64,000 nt of DNA from Brumimicrobium sp. Its GTDB lineage: Bacteria; Bacteroidota; Bacteroidia; Flavobacteriales_D; Crocinitomicaceae. This document shows, piece by piece, positions 51,753 through 62,234 of the stretch (the stretch's first letter is position 1; each line of letters begins with the position of its first letter). The stretch covers positions 666,923-730,922 of the forward strand of contig JAMLGZ010000001.1 in assembly GCA_023957385.1 (NCBI GenBank), given 5' to 3'. Below the pieces are notes generated by a model that was given only the letters and a program-made list of their open reading frames with translations, did not search any database and was not told the DNA's origin. The position numbers were made by a program, and so were the translations under genes.

Positions 51753-52678
51753 TATAAATTCTCAATTATCTCTGGTAATTTGCGTAATGCAGCCATTTCT
51801 CTGTATTTAATACGAATATCTTGACAAGGACTGCCGAAATAAGTTCTGTTGGGAGCTAAACTTTTTGATATTCCCGATTGTGCTAATATGATAGCTCCTT
51901 CTCCCACAACAATTCCATTAATACACCCTACTTGTCCCCACATGATTACATTGTTTTCAACAACCGTACATCCTGCGATTCCTACATGAGAAGCGAGTAA
52001 ACAATTTTTTCCAATATGCGTATCGTGACCAATTTGTACATGATTATCTAATTTCGTCCCTTCTCCTATGATGGTGGAAGATGCAACTCCTGCATCGATA
52101 GTACAACAAGCACCCATCTCAACTCCTTTCTTTAACCATACATTCCCACACGTATGTAATCTGTCGTATCCAGTATCTTTCTTTTTGTAATAAAAAGCAT
52201 GTTGACCTATTACACAGTTTGCTCCTATAACTACGTCATCCTCTATGATACAGTTATCCATTATTACAGTTCCGGAGTATATGACTGTATTTTCTCCAAT
52301 CTGTACATTATTTCCAATAACAACATTGGCGTAAATTGTTGCAGTTGGAGCTATGCGTGTTCCCTTTCCTACGGGTGAGGTCATTGGAATAGTTGGATAG
52401 AAATGTTTGGCTATCTTATTATAAGCATCAAAAGGTTTATCTATAATAAGCAGTCCTTTTCCAGTAGGCACATCTACATCTTTGTTGATGATTACAGTTG
52501 TAGCTTTACTATTTAGAGCTTTATCATAATATTTAGGATGATCAACAAATACCAAATCACCTTCTTCTACCATGTGGATTTCGTTGAATCCTTCTACCAA
52601 GTGTTGTGCATCACCTTTAAAATCACATTGTAGGAAATTAGCCATCTCCTGTAATGTCATAGGTTTTTGAAATTTCAT
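51752..52678 (-). CDS. lpxD: LpxD-like hexapeptide N-acyltransferase
   Basis: Left-handed beta-helix hexapeptide repeats, with TKLDNHVQIGHD carrying the catalytic His. Start MKFQKP at 52678 is preferred over the track's 52735. Confidence 0.75.
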   Translation of the reverse strand: MKFQKPMTLQEMANFLQCDFKGDAQHLVEGFNEIHMVEEGDLVFVDHPKYYDKALNSKATTVIINKDVDVPTGKGLLIIDKPFDAYNKIAKHFYPTIPMTSPVGKGTRIAPTATIYANVVIGNNVQIGENTVIYSGTVIMDNCIIEDDVVIGANCVIGQHAFYYKKKDTGYDRLHTCGNVWLKKGVEMGACCTIDAGVASSTIIGEGTKLDNHVQIGHDTHIGKNCLLASHVGIAGCTVVENNVIMWGQVGCINGIVVGEGAIILAQSGISKSLAPNRTYFGSPCQDIRIKYREMAALRKLPEIIENL

Positions 52679-52724
52679 ATTTTTACTCTTTGACAAGTAA
52701 AAATATAAAGAATACGAGCAATTA

Positions 52725-52752
52725 AAAAGGCTCAACAGAATAATTGTGAGCC
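52725..52752 (-). terminator. Probable terminator for the DUF59/sufT gene
   Basis: Stem GGCTCA/TGAGCC followed by a T-tract on the minus strand. Confidence 0.45.
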
Positions 52753-52808
52753 GTACAATGTTAAAAACTATAAACGTTATATGTTAGATGATAAGGAGAG
52801 CTTGCTGC

Positions 52809-53120
52809 TTATAAAAATCCCAGTTCTAATTTAGCTAATTCGCTCATCATAGATTGTTCCCAAGGTGGATCAAAAACAACTTCTACGTGAGAAGCTGTCA
52901 CCCAGTCTATTTCTCCAATCTTATCTTCCACTTCTTTAGGAAGAGATTCAGCAACAGGGCAATTAGGTGAAGTAAGGGTCATACGTGTATCTACGCTCAT
53001 GTCGTCGTTAATTTTGACCTCGTAGATTAAACCTAATTCAAAAACATCAACAGGAATCTCAGGGTCGTAAATATTCTTTAAAACTCCTACAACTTCTTCT
53101 TCTAATGCCGCTTTATCCAT
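52809..53120 (-). CDS. DUF59 / SufT-like Fe-S cluster maturation protein
   Basis: IYDPEIPVDVFELGLIYEV, MTLTSPNCP and FDPPW motifs. Divergent from sufB. Confidence 0.93.
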   Translation of the reverse strand: MDKAALEEEVVGVLKNIYDPEIPVDVFELGLIYEVKINDDMSVDTRMTLTSPNCPVAESLPKEVEDKIGEIDWVTASHVEVVFDPPWEQSMMSELAKLELGFL

Positions 53121-53224
53121 TCTATTTTTTTTTGCAAAATTACTACTTCCTTCTATATTTTAGTTCATTTTCTTATTCTTTTTTAGAAAGATTATAAATA
53201 AGAGCAAAATAAATTAACGAAAAA

Positions 53225-53255
53225 TTGTCTCAATACCACAAAAGTGGTATTTTTG
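53225..53255 (+). promoter_or_regulatory. sufBCD promoter (-33 TTG, 20-nt spacer, -7 TATTTTTG) with an overlapping palindrome AATACCAC-AAAA-GTGGTATT
   Basis: TTG at 53225-53227 and TATTTTTG at 53248-53255. The perfect 8-bp inverted repeat at 53232-53251 overlaps the -7 element. Confidence 0.7.
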
Positions 53256-53357
53256 CCATTTCAAATAGTGTTATTTAGAATAAATATAAATAATTTTAGA
53301 AAAAAATAAAAATGTGAAGAATAGTTGGAATAACCAACTTGGACTAAATATAAAGAT

Positions 53358-54806
53358 ATGGAAGGATATACAGAGGAGGAATTAGCTAAAGACTTAGAGA
53401 ACCAAGAGTATAAATATGGGTTTGTGTCTAATTTCGAGTCGGACAGAGCTCCTAAAGGGTTAAATGAAGAAATTATCCGCCTTATTTCTGCTAAAAAAGA
53501 TGAGCCAGAATGGTTGTTGGAGAAACGTTTGGAAGCTTTCCGCCATTGGCAAACTTTAATTGAACCAGAATGGGCGCATGTTCAATACAATAAACCTGAT
53601 TTTCAGGCAATTTCTTATTATTCTGCGCCTAAGCAAAAGAAAAAATATGAAAGCTGGGATGATGTTGATCCAGAGATGAAGGAGACTATGAAGAAGTTGG
53701 GGATTTCGTTAGAAGAACAGCAACGTTTAACAGGAACGGCGGTAGATTTTGTAATTGATTCAGTTTCAGTAGCTACTTCCTTTAAAAAGAAACTGAAAGA
53801 ACTAGGAATTATCTTTTGTTCTATGTCAGAAGCTGTAAAGGAACACCCGGAATTAGTGAAAAAATACTTAGGAACAGTAGTTCCTTCTACAGATAATTTT
53901 TATGCTGCATTAAATAGTGCGGTGTTTACAGATGGTTCTTTCTGTTATATCCCAAAAGGAATTAGATGTCCTATGGAATTATCTACATATTTCCGAATTA
54001 ATGATGGTGAAACAGGACAGTTCGAACGAACTCTAGTGATTGCAGATGAGGGATCTTATGTTTCCTATTTGGAAGGTTGTACAGCACCACAGCGTGATGA
54101 GAATCAGTTGCATGCAGCTGTTGTGGAATTAATAGCTATGGATAATGCTGAAATTAAATATTCTACGGTGCAAAATTGGTATCCAGGAGATAAGAATGGT
54201 GAAGGAGGAGTATTTAACTTTGTTACTAAGCGTGGTTTATGTGAAAAGAGTGCTAAGATTTCATGGACACAAGTAGAAACGGGATCTGCTATTACGTGGA
54301 AATATCCTTCTTGTATTTTAAAAGGTGATAATTCAGTGGGAGAATTCTATTCTGTGGCTGTGACGAATAACTACCAACAAGCCGATACTGGGACTAAGAT
54401 GGTTCATATAGGAAAGAATACTTCAAGTACAATTATTTCTAAAGGGATTTCAGGAGGATATTCTCAAAACTCATATAGAGGTTTAGTACAAATTCATGCG
54501 AGCGCTGAGAATGCTCGTAATCGTTCAGAATGTGACTCCTTATTATTGACCGATAAATGTGGGGCACATACTTTTCCCTATATTGAATGTAAGAATAGTT
54601 CGGCTAGAGTGGAACATGAAGCTACTACGTCTAAAATAGCAGAAGATCAAATTTTCTACTGCCAACAGCGTGGTATCGATGAAGAAAAAGCAATCGGTTT
54701 GATTGTTAATGGTTATTGTAAAGAGGTTTTAAATAAAATGCCTATGGAATTTGCAGTGGAAGCACAGAAATTATTGGAGATTTCATTAGAGAATTCAGTA
54801 GGTTAG
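53358..54806 (+). CDS. sufB: Fe-S cluster assembly protein SufB
   Basis: [35 protein letters not shown] and EHEATTSKI motifs. Confidence 0.98.
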   Translation: MEGYTEEELAKDLENQEYKYGFVSNFESDRAPKGLNEEIIRLISAKKDEPEWLLEKRLEAFRHWQTLIEPEWAHVQYNKPDFQAISYYSAPKQKKKYESWDDVDPEMKETMKKLGISLEEQQRLTGTAVDFVIDSVSVATSFKKKLKELGIIFCSMSEAVKEHPELVKKYLGTVVPSTDNFYAALNSAVFTDGSFCYIPKGIRCPMELSTYFRINDGETGQFERTLVIADEGSYVSYLEGCTAPQRDENQLHAAVVELIAMDNAEIKYSTVQNWYPGDKNGEGGVFNFVTKRGLCEKSAKISWTQVETGSAITWKYPSCILKGDNSVGEFYSVAVTNNYQQADTGTKMVHIGKNTSSTIISKGISGGYSQNSYRGLVQIHASAENARNRSECDSLLLTDKCGAHTFPYIECKNSSARVEHEATTSKIAEDQIFYCQQRGIDEEKAIGLIVNGYCKEVLNKMPMEFAVEAQKLLEISLENSVG

Positions 54807-54840
54807 AAGTATAATAGATATAAAAAGAAAATATATAGAT

Positions 54841-55596
54841 ATGTTAAAGATAAAAAATCTGCATGCTAAAGTAGAAGAAGGAGCAGAAATACTTAGAGGT
54901 TTAGATTTGGAAGTGAAACCAGGTGAGGTTCATGCTATTATGGGACCAAATGGAGCTGGTAAATCTACCTTAGCCTCAGTTCTATCTGGTAAAGATGGAT
55001 ATGAAGTAACAGAAGGTTCTGTAGAATTTAATGAAAAAGACTTACTGGAATTAGAAGCGGATGAACGTGCTAAAGAAGGAATGTTTTTAGCTTTCCAATA
55101 TCCTATGGAAATACCAGGTGTATCTAATATCAATTTCTTGCGTACTGCAATAAATGAAATTAGAGCTTATCGTAAAGAAGAACCTATGTCTGGAAAAGAT
55201 TTCTTAGACAAAGTGAAAACTGCTTCTAAGATTGTAGAATTGGATAGCTCATTAGCTAGTAGATCTGTAAATGTCGGTTTCTCTGGAGGTGAGAAAAAAC
55301 GAAATGAAATTTTCCAAATGGCGATGTTAGAACCAAAATTAGCTATTTTAGATGAAACTGACTCAGGCCTAGATATAGACGCATTAAGAATTGTTTCAAA
55401 TGGTGTGAATCAGTTGAAGTCTAAGGATAATGCAATTATTCTAATTACCCACTACCAACGCTTATTGGATTATATACAACCTGATTTTGTGCACGTATTG
55501 TATAAAGGAAAAATCATTAAAACAGGTACAAAAGAATTAGCCTTAGAATTGGAAGAAAAAGGATACGATTGGATTACGGAAGAAATGGCTCAGTAA
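54841..55596 (+). CDS. sufC: Fe-S cluster assembly ATPase SufC
   Basis: GPNGAGKST, AFQYPMEIPGV, FSGGEKKR, LDETDSGLDIDA and ITHYQR motifs. Confidence 0.98.
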   Translation: MLKIKNLHAKVEEGAEILRGLDLEVKPGEVHAIMGPNGAGKSTLASVLSGKDGYEVTEGSVEFNEKDLLELEADERAKEGMFLAFQYPMEIPGVSNINFLRTAINEIRAYRKEEPMSGKDFLDKVKTASKIVELDSSLASRSVNVGFSGGEKKRNEIFQMAMLEPKLAILDETDSGLDIDALRIVSNGVNQLKSKDNAIILITHYQRLLDYIQPDFVHVLYKGKIIKTGTKELALELEEKGYDWITEEMAQ

Positions 55597-55597
55597 A

Positions 55598-56857
55598 ATG
55601 GAAATGGTGATAGATAATAAAGTATTAGAGTTTGTTGCTGATTTGAAGTTGCCTGAAGTAATTTCAAATGTCAGAAAACAAGCAGCGGATGCATTGAATG
55701 GTATGGACTTCCCTACAACTAAGGTAGAGGAATGGAAATATACCCGTGTATCTAAATACGTTAAGAAAAAATATATTCAGTCTAAAATAGATGCAGATAT
55801 TCAAAAATATATCCCATCTGATTTAGAAGGTCATAGACTCATCTTTATTAATGGATATTATAATGAATCCCTATCGTCTATAATAAAAGAGGATAATGCA
55901 CTGAATATTCAATCAATAGAATTGCTTAATGAAGAGTATTATACAGATCTTCTAGAAGATATTTCCGAGAATGTATTTTCATTAATCAATAAGGCGTATC
56001 AAACAGGAGGAATCTTTATTCAGGTAAAAGAAAATGCCAAATTGAAATATCCAATTCATCTCTTATTCTTGACCAAAGGAAATGGTGTTATAGCCAATAC
56101 TAGAAACTTTATTCAATTGGAATCAGGGGCAGAAGCTGAAGTATTTGTTACGTTTAACTCTGAGAATTCTGATGATAGTTTTACGAATTGTGTATTGGAA
56201 GGACATGTAGAGAATAATGCCCATTTAACAATCACCAAATTACAATCAGAAGAAAATAATGTCTTCCATGTGTCTAAAGATTTATTTATTCAAGATACTG
56301 GGAGCACCTTTAAAATGAATACAATTACAACAGGAGGCTCATTGATACGGAATAGTGTAGATGTATTAGTAGAAGGAGAAAACTGTCATACAGAATTAAA
56401 TGGCGTATATTTAGGAGTGGAGAAGCAGTTAATAGATAATCATACATTAATAGATCAGATGTTTCCAAATTGTACATCAAATGAATTATATAAAGGAGTA
56501 ATGGGTGATGAATCTACTGGAGTATTTAATGGAAGAGTGATTGTGAGACAAGACGCACAAAAGATACAAGCATATCAATCGAATAAAAATATTCTATTAA
56601 CAAAAAAAGCAAGCGTTAACTCTAAACCAGAGTTGGAGATTTATGCAGATGATGTGATGTGCTCACATGGTTCAACTGTAGGGGATTTAGATGATGATGC
56701 TATCTTTTATTTAAAAACACGTGGGATTTCTGAAGAAAAAGCAAAACACATGTTGATAGGAGCTTTTATTGGCGATGTGTTAGAACGAATTGAGAACGAA
56801 CCTATTCGAGAGATCGTAAATAAAAGATTTACTGAAAAATTTGGTTGGGAATTTTAA
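55598..56857 (+). CDS. sufD: Fe-S cluster assembly protein SufD
   Basis: PTTKVEEWKYT, FNGRVIV and KPELEIYADDVMCSHG motifs. Confidence 0.96.
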   Translation: MEMVIDNKVLEFVADLKLPEVISNVRKQAADALNGMDFPTTKVEEWKYTRVSKYVKKKYIQSKIDADIQKYIPSDLEGHRLIFINGYYNESLSSIIKEDNALNIQSIELLNEEYYTDLLEDISENVFSLINKAYQTGGIFIQVKENAKLKYPIHLLFLTKGNGVIANTRNFIQLESGAEAEVFVTFNSENSDDSFTNCVLEGHVENNAHLTITKLQSEENNVFHVSKDLFIQDTGSTFKMNTITTGGSLIRNSVDVLVEGENCHTELNGVYLGVEKQLIDNHTLIDQMFPNCTSNELYKGVMGDESTGVFNGRVIVRQDAQKIQAYQSNKNILLTKKASVNSKPELEIYADDVMCSHGSTVGDLDDDAIFYLKTRGISEEKAKHMLIGAFIGDVLERIENEPIREIVNKRFTEKFGWEF

Positions 56858-56957
56858 AGTAATGAAAATGTAGCAGTTTCAAAAGTCAAGCTTTACAATG
56901 AAATTGTAGGTATTTCAATAATAACGCTTTATTTCGCCATTTTTGAGACGCTTACTT

Positions 56958-58169
56958 TTATTTGGTAAAATATTCCATTACAATGTGGGTCGCTCCTGTA
57001 TTTTGCTGGATGTATTCACGCACCCTTTCTGCAATATTCTCATCAGAAAGAATAGAATAATAAGCTTCCATAAAAGATGCTTGATCATAAATACTATCTC
57101 CAATGCCTTTATTGATAAACGTTGAGGCTTCTGGAAAGTTGGTGTGTATAGGACCAAATATAACAGGTAGTCCAAATGCTGCTGGCTCGAGAATATTGTG
57201 CAGAGCAGATCCAAATCCACCACCTACATAAGCAATTTTTCCATATTTATATGCTTCGGCTAAAATCCCGATACAATTTAAAATAACAACTTTTGTATCA
57301 TCTGACAAGATCTCTCCCTGTTGTAAATCTGTATATAATTGATATTTTACTTGTAATTGAGCTAGAATTTGTTGAACATGGCCTTCATGAACTTCATGCG
57401 GGGCGAGAATAATTTTTTGGGTTATTTTTCCTGAATTTATAAGAGGCAAAAGTACGGACTCATCTTTTGGCCAGGAGCTACCAATCACGAGAACGTCTTC
57501 TGTTGATACCCATTTTGAAAAAATGGGATTTTCTTGTGCATGATGAGCACGATTTGCTACTCTGTCAAAACGTGTGTCACCTGAAACAGTTATATTATTT
57601 AGGTGTATATTTTCTAATAGATTCTTACTGTTTTGATTTTGTACAAAGATGTGATTAAATAAATGCAATGCGTTACGGAAATATCCACCATACCATTTGA
57701 AATATCTATGCTTGATTCTATAATTGGCACTTATGGCGTAAATTTCACTTCCTGATGTTTTTGCAGCTTTCAGAAAATTAATCCAAATCTCATACTTGAT
57801 GAAGAATACTTTTTTAGGTTTAAAATGACGAATAAATTTTTTTGCATTTCTTTTTGTATCGAGAGGAAGATAACAGGTGTAATTCCCAATCGATTTTGTT
57901 TTAAAATATTCGTATCCGGAAGGGCTAAAAAAGGTGACAAGGATGAAATCTTCTGGAAATTGTTTTTTCCAAGCCTCCATAATAGGTAAACCTTGGTCGT
58001 ATTCTCCCATAGAAGCACAATGAAACCATACGACGTTTGCATTTTCTACCTGAGGGAATTGCTGAAATAATCTCTTACGACCATCTACCCATTTTTTAGC
58101 TTTCGGATGAAATAAACTTCCAATTCGGACTAAAATACCATATATGAAAATACCAAGATTGTATATCAT
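56958..58169 (-). CDS. waaA: 3-deoxy-D-manno-octulosonic acid transferase
   Basis: WFHCASMGE, YLPLD, GDTRFDRV, APHE and HNILEPAAFG motifs. The likely start is MIYNLG at 58169 (track start 58241). Confidence 0.95.
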   Translation of the reverse strand: MIYNLGIFIYGILVRIGSLFHPKAKKWVDGRKRLFQQFPQVENANVVWFHCASMGEYDQGLPIMEAWKKQFPEDFILVTFFSPSGYEYFKTKSIGNYTCYLPLDTKRNAKKFIRHFKPKKVFFIKYEIWINFLKAAKTSGSEIYAISANYRIKHRYFKWYGGYFRNALHLFNHIFVQNQNSKNLLENIHLNNITVSGDTRFDRVANRAHHAQENPIFSKWVSTEDVLVIGSSWPKDESVLLPLINSGKITQKIILAPHEVHEGHVQQILAQLQVKYQLYTDLQQGEILSDDTKVVILNCIGILAEAYKYGKIAYVGGGFGSALHNILEPAAFGLPVIFGPIHTNFPEASTFINKGIGDSIYDQASFMEAYYSILSDENIAERVREYIQQNTGATHIVMEYFTK

Positions 58170-58173
58170 CCTG

Positions 58174-58959
58174 TTAGTTATAATAAAATTCTTTTGGCAT
58201 TCGCTTATAGATAGGAATGAGCCATCCTGCTCGTAACCCAAAGAGATGACCTATACGAATTTTCTTATCTACTAATTCATTTGGATGATCCCAAAAAATA
58301 TCGCGCTGATCTCGTGTGAATTGTTGTTGGAAGTAGAATCCAGCATAAAAATTGAAAATCCCACGATTAGCCATGAACGTATAACCGATAAATTCTGAGG
58401 TATTTACTCCGATTTCTAGTCGATCGTAACCTTTTAAATAGTCTCCCCTAAGTTGTGGAACTTCATCTTCTTGTGTTTCAATGCGCAATCTATTCCAAAA
58501 ATATCCTGCATCCAACGTAATGGTTATTCCAGAGTTTGGATTAGGGTTCCAAACAGGAATAATTTTACCTACAGATGCGTTTATATTGAATCCTCGATTG
58601 AATAAAAGAACTATGGACGATCCACCCGAAGTATTCAAAATATTCCCATTAGAATCCATTAAATTTTGAATGAGTCCTTCTACTTTAATTTTATTACCAA
58701 ATAGAAAGTTGCCGTCCAAGGCATATATCCAATTCTTTTTTGTTTTATATCCAGCGTGCGATCCAAGCATGTTTGTAAAGCCATATCGTTGAGCGTATGC
58801 GCCTCCCGGCCAATTGGCACCATAATGTATTCCAATATACGGAGTACCAATAGCTTCCTCTACTTTTCGTTGTCCCCAGCTAAAAGTATGAGCCAGTAGA
58901 AGACAAATTCCTAAAAGGAATAAGGTCTTATTTGATATAGCACATGAAATTTTTTTCAT
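58174..58959 (-). CDS. Hypothetical outer-membrane beta-barrel-like protein
   Basis: Signal peptide, alternating aromatic/Gly strands and C-terminal LRAGWLIPIY. A TAACTTTG -7 element lies at 58966-58973. Confidence 0.65.
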   Translation of the reverse strand: MKKISCAISNKTLFLLGICLLLAHTFSWGQRKVEEAIGTPYIGIHYGANWPGGAYAQRYGFTNMLGSHAGYKTKKNWIYALDGNFLFGNKIKVEGLIQNLMDSNGNILNTSGGSSIVLLFNRGFNINASVGKIIPVWNPNPNSGITITLDAGYFWNRLRIETQEDEVPQLRGDYLKGYDRLEIGVNTSEFIGYTFMANRGIFNFYAGFYFQQQFTRDQRDIFWDHPNELVDKKIRIGHLFGLRAGWLIPIYKRMPKEFYYN

Positions 58960-59013
58960 ATCTCACAAAGTTAGAAAGAACTCTTTGAATTTAAATCTTT
59001 TTGATAGAAATGT

Positions 59014-60633
59014 TTATTTCTCTTTGTTAAAAAATATATTTCCAAGTCGATAGTTCTTTAAGTTGTTTCCATTAATAAAGAGGGTGTTTCTTTCTGGAAT
59101 TGGAACAGATAAAGAAGGAGTAAAGATGATATTTGACTCGTAACGACCAATAGTACTTTTACGTGTGACATTTCCATTTGTACAATCTATAGAAACGTGA
59201 GTAATCGTATTTTTAACAGCGTTAAATTGGGCTAATTCGGAAGTGTTCTCATCTTTAATAAAATTGCCATCTTTACTATAATTAGAGAGATTATCATTAA
59301 AAAAGATGTGTAAATGATTGTCGGATAGGTAAGAAGTGGCTGATAAATAATACCCACCATCATTCACTGTTCGTTGTAATTTAGGTATTAATGAGAACCA
59401 TTGAGTAGAATCTCTTTTGTTTATACCAAATGCTATTAAATCATTGCACCAATAATATCTATCAATACTTCCTGCTCCATTTGGCATAGCAGCACCTCCG
59501 TATCTATATTCGGTGGCTTTATACTCTATAATACCATAATAATTGTCACCTATGGCATAAAAGTCGATGAGTTTAAAATTATGGGTAGAAGGTTCAAAAT
59601 CTAAATTAAATCCAGCATTAAATATAGTGGCAGAACGTATATAAGTAAGTGTTTCATTATTAAATGGAGTGAAATATTTATTGAGTATGTTTCCCTCTTT
59701 ATCCATTTTAGCAATAAGAACTCCTTGAATTTCGCCATTTATTTGATATTTGTATAAAGAAACAATTGTAAATCCATTCTCAGAGGGGTAGCATTTTGTA
59801 TCTGAAAAATATATTCCTTGTTCTCGGATCGACCATTCATGGAGTTCCTTATCCTTTAATTGTGTGATTTTAATTTCATCAAATTCATACGCCTTTGTTT
59901 TTGCTAATTCTTTGTCATTATAATGTGCTGCAATTAAAAATTGGTTATCGGGATTGAATATAAAAAAATCCAATGGATTGAAATTATTTGTGGAGTATGG
60001 ATAGTTGATACCTCTTAATACGGGTACTTCTGAGTTGCTTGCAAAAAGCAGATAATTTAGTTGGGTAAACTCGGCATCTGTTGTATTAGGAAGATACATG
60101 ATAGAAGAATAAGAAGCATCTTCACTTGAAATTAGCATGAGTCTAGAGATATTTACGTTCTTATACATGCGGCTAAAATCTTCAGGGATGCTGAATCCAT
60201 GATTTATTCGAGTATCAGAACTTGGATCAATAAAATGATAATACAACAAATCATTCCGAGAAGCAAAATCACTCCGGTATGATACAGCCAAGATATGTTC
60301 ACCTAAAATTGCATAACTAGCTAATTCAGTCCGCCTGCCATCTCCATAAAATTTAAGGTATTTGGTTTGAGGTAAAGTATAATCCTCTACATATCCAAAA
60401 GAGCGATTTGCTTTTATTTTGCTGAATAAATTGAGGAGATTACTTTGATTTTGGACACAGATTATTTTTCCGGAAGGCGTCTTGCTAAAGCTTTCTATAT
60501 AGCCTTTTGATTTCTTTTTATCTCCCATAAATATAGAGATATCTTTATAATCTTTGACAACCTGTGCATGTACATTCGGAGTAGAAATCATCCAAAAGCA
60601 GAAACTAAGAAAAATCAGAATAATGAGACGCAT
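59014..60633 (-). CDS. Exported hypothetical protein
   Basis: 539 aa with a Sec signal ending VHA/Q. Beta-rich; no family recognised. Confidence 0.7.
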   Translation of the reverse strand: MRLIILIFLSFCFWMISTPNVHAQVVKDYKDISIFMGDKKKSKGYIESFSKTPSGKIICVQNQSNLLNLFSKIKANRSFGYVEDYTLPQTKYLKFYGDGRRTELASYAILGEHILAVSYRSDFASRNDLLYYHFIDPSSDTRINHGFSIPEDFSRMYKNVNISRLMLISSEDASYSSIMYLPNTTDAEFTQLNYLLFASNSEVPVLRGINYPYSTNNFNPLDFFIFNPDNQFLIAAHYNDKELAKTKAYEFDEIKITQLKDKELHEWSIREQGIYFSDTKCYPSENGFTIVSLYKYQINGEIQGVLIAKMDKEGNILNKYFTPFNNETLTYIRSATIFNAGFNLDFEPSTHNFKLIDFYAIGDNYYGIIEYKATEYRYGGAAMPNGAGSIDRYYWCNDLIAFGINKRDSTQWFSLIPKLQRTVNDGGYYLSATSYLSDNHLHIFFNDNLSNYSKDGNFIKDENTSELAQFNAVKNTITHVSIDCTNGNVTRKSTIGRYESNIIFTPSLSVPIPERNTLFINGNNLKNYRLGNIFFNKEK

Positions 60634-60701
60634 TCTGTTAATATCGCATATTTATTATAGCGAAGATACTACTAAAATATGACAACTAAGATAAAGATAA
60701 G

Positions 60702-62051
60702 TTAAAAACCCGTGTAATTATGAGGGGTGATATTTTTAAGCTCTTTTTTTAGGAGTTCATTAACCTCTAAATTATCAATAAAATGATGCACCGTTTCTTT
60801 GGTTACTTTTTCATTCTTTCGGGTTAATTTTTTCAATGCCTCATACGGTTGTGGATAGCCTTCCCTCCTTAAGATGGTTTGTATGGCTTCTGCAATTACC
60901 GCCCAATTATCTTCTAGATCATCTGCAAGTGCACTTTCATTTAAGACTAATTTTTCTAAACCTTTTTGTGTGGAGTTGAAAGCAATAATACTATGTGCCA
61001 ACGGTACACCAATATTCCTAAGTACAGTAGAATCTGTCAAGTCTCTTTGAAGTCTGGATATGGGTAGTTTCTGTGCAAAAAACTCAAATAGAGCATTTGC
61101 AAGACCCAAGTTCCCTTCTGAGTTTTCAAAGTCAATAGGATTCACTTTGTGAGGCATGGCACTTGATCCTACTTCTCCTTCTTTAACTTTTTGTTTGAAA
61201 TAATCTATCGAGATATATGTCCAAATATCACGATTCATATCTATCAAGATTGTATTGATGCGTTTCATGGCGTCAAAAAGAGCAGCGAGATTGTCGTAAT
61301 GTTCAATTTGTGTTGTAGTTTGACTTCTTGTTAACCCTAATTGTTTTTCTACAAAATCATTAGCAAAATGTACCCAGTCTTTTTGTGGATAAGCAACGAA
61401 ATGAGCATTAAGGTTCCCAGTAGCACCGCCAAATTTCGCAGAGAAAGGAATTTGTTTTAGCTGTTTTAACTGCACTTGTATTCTTTCATAAAATACAAAT
61501 AATTCTTTTCCTAGCTTGGTAGGAGTTGCCGGCTGCCCATGTGTTCTTGCCAACATAGGAATATTCTTCCACTCATCAGCTAAAGTTTTTATTTGAATGC
61601 AAACCTTATCAAGCTCTGGTAAATATACACTATTTACAGCTTCTTTTAATAACAATGGGATAGCTGTGTTGTTTATATCTTGAGAAGTTAGTCCAAAATG
61701 TACAAATTCAAGAATTGATTCCAAACCAAGTGATTTCATTTTGTCTTTAACAAAATATTCAACGGCTTTCACATCGTGATTGGTTACTTTTTCAGTGCCT
61801 TTAATTACTAAGGCATCTTCTTCCGTAAAATTTTTATAGACTTCTCGTAAGGCTTGGGTTTGACTAGGATTTATTTTTATATTAGAAATTCCAGAATTCT
61901 CTGCTAAAGCAATGAGATATTCAATTTCTATAAGTGTTCTATATCTAATGAGTCCAAATTCAGAAAAATAACTTGCTAAATCTTCGGATTTACTTCTATA
62001 TCTTCCGTCAATAGGGGATATAGCCGTAAGTGTGTTGAGTTTTATCGACAT
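60702..62051 (-). CDS. purB: Adenylosuccinate lyase
   Basis: AISPIDGRY, TNHDVKAVEY, HFGLTSQDINN, RTHGQPATPT and GSSAMPHKVNPIDFEN motifs. Start MSIKL at 62051, with a TATCTTTG -7 element at 62077-62084. Confidence 0.98.
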   Translation of the reverse strand: MSIKLNTLTAISPIDGRYRSKSEDLASYFSEFGLIRYRTLIEIEYLIALAENSGISNIKINPSQTQALREVYKNFTEEDALVIKGTEKVTNHDVKAVEYFVKDKMKSLGLESILEFVHFGLTSQDINNTAIPLLLKEAVNSVYLPELDKVCIQIKTLADEWKNIPMLARTHGQPATPTKLGKELFVFYERIQVQLKQLKQIPFSAKFGGATGNLNAHFVAYPQKDWVHFANDFVEKQLGLTRSQTTTQIEHYDNLAALFDAMKRINTILIDMNRDIWTYISIDYFKQKVKEGEVGSSAMPHKVNPIDFENSEGNLGLANALFEFFAQKLPISRLQRDLTDSTVLRNIGVPLAHSIIAFNSTQKGLEKLVLNESALADDLEDNWAVIAEAIQTILRREGYPQPYEALKKLTRKNEKVTKETVHHFIDNLEVNELLKKELKNITPHNYTGF

Positions 62052-62234
62052 ATAGGGTGTATGATAATGAATAAAACAAAGATACAAATTCTGATTTAAT
62101 CTGAATAAGATATGACTATTAATATTGAAATGATGTATGTAAGATGCCCTATTTTAAGTGTTTATTAGGTTTAGGTTTTATAATTAAAAATAATTTATAT
62201 ATTTGCAAAATTAATTTGATCAAAAAAATATATC

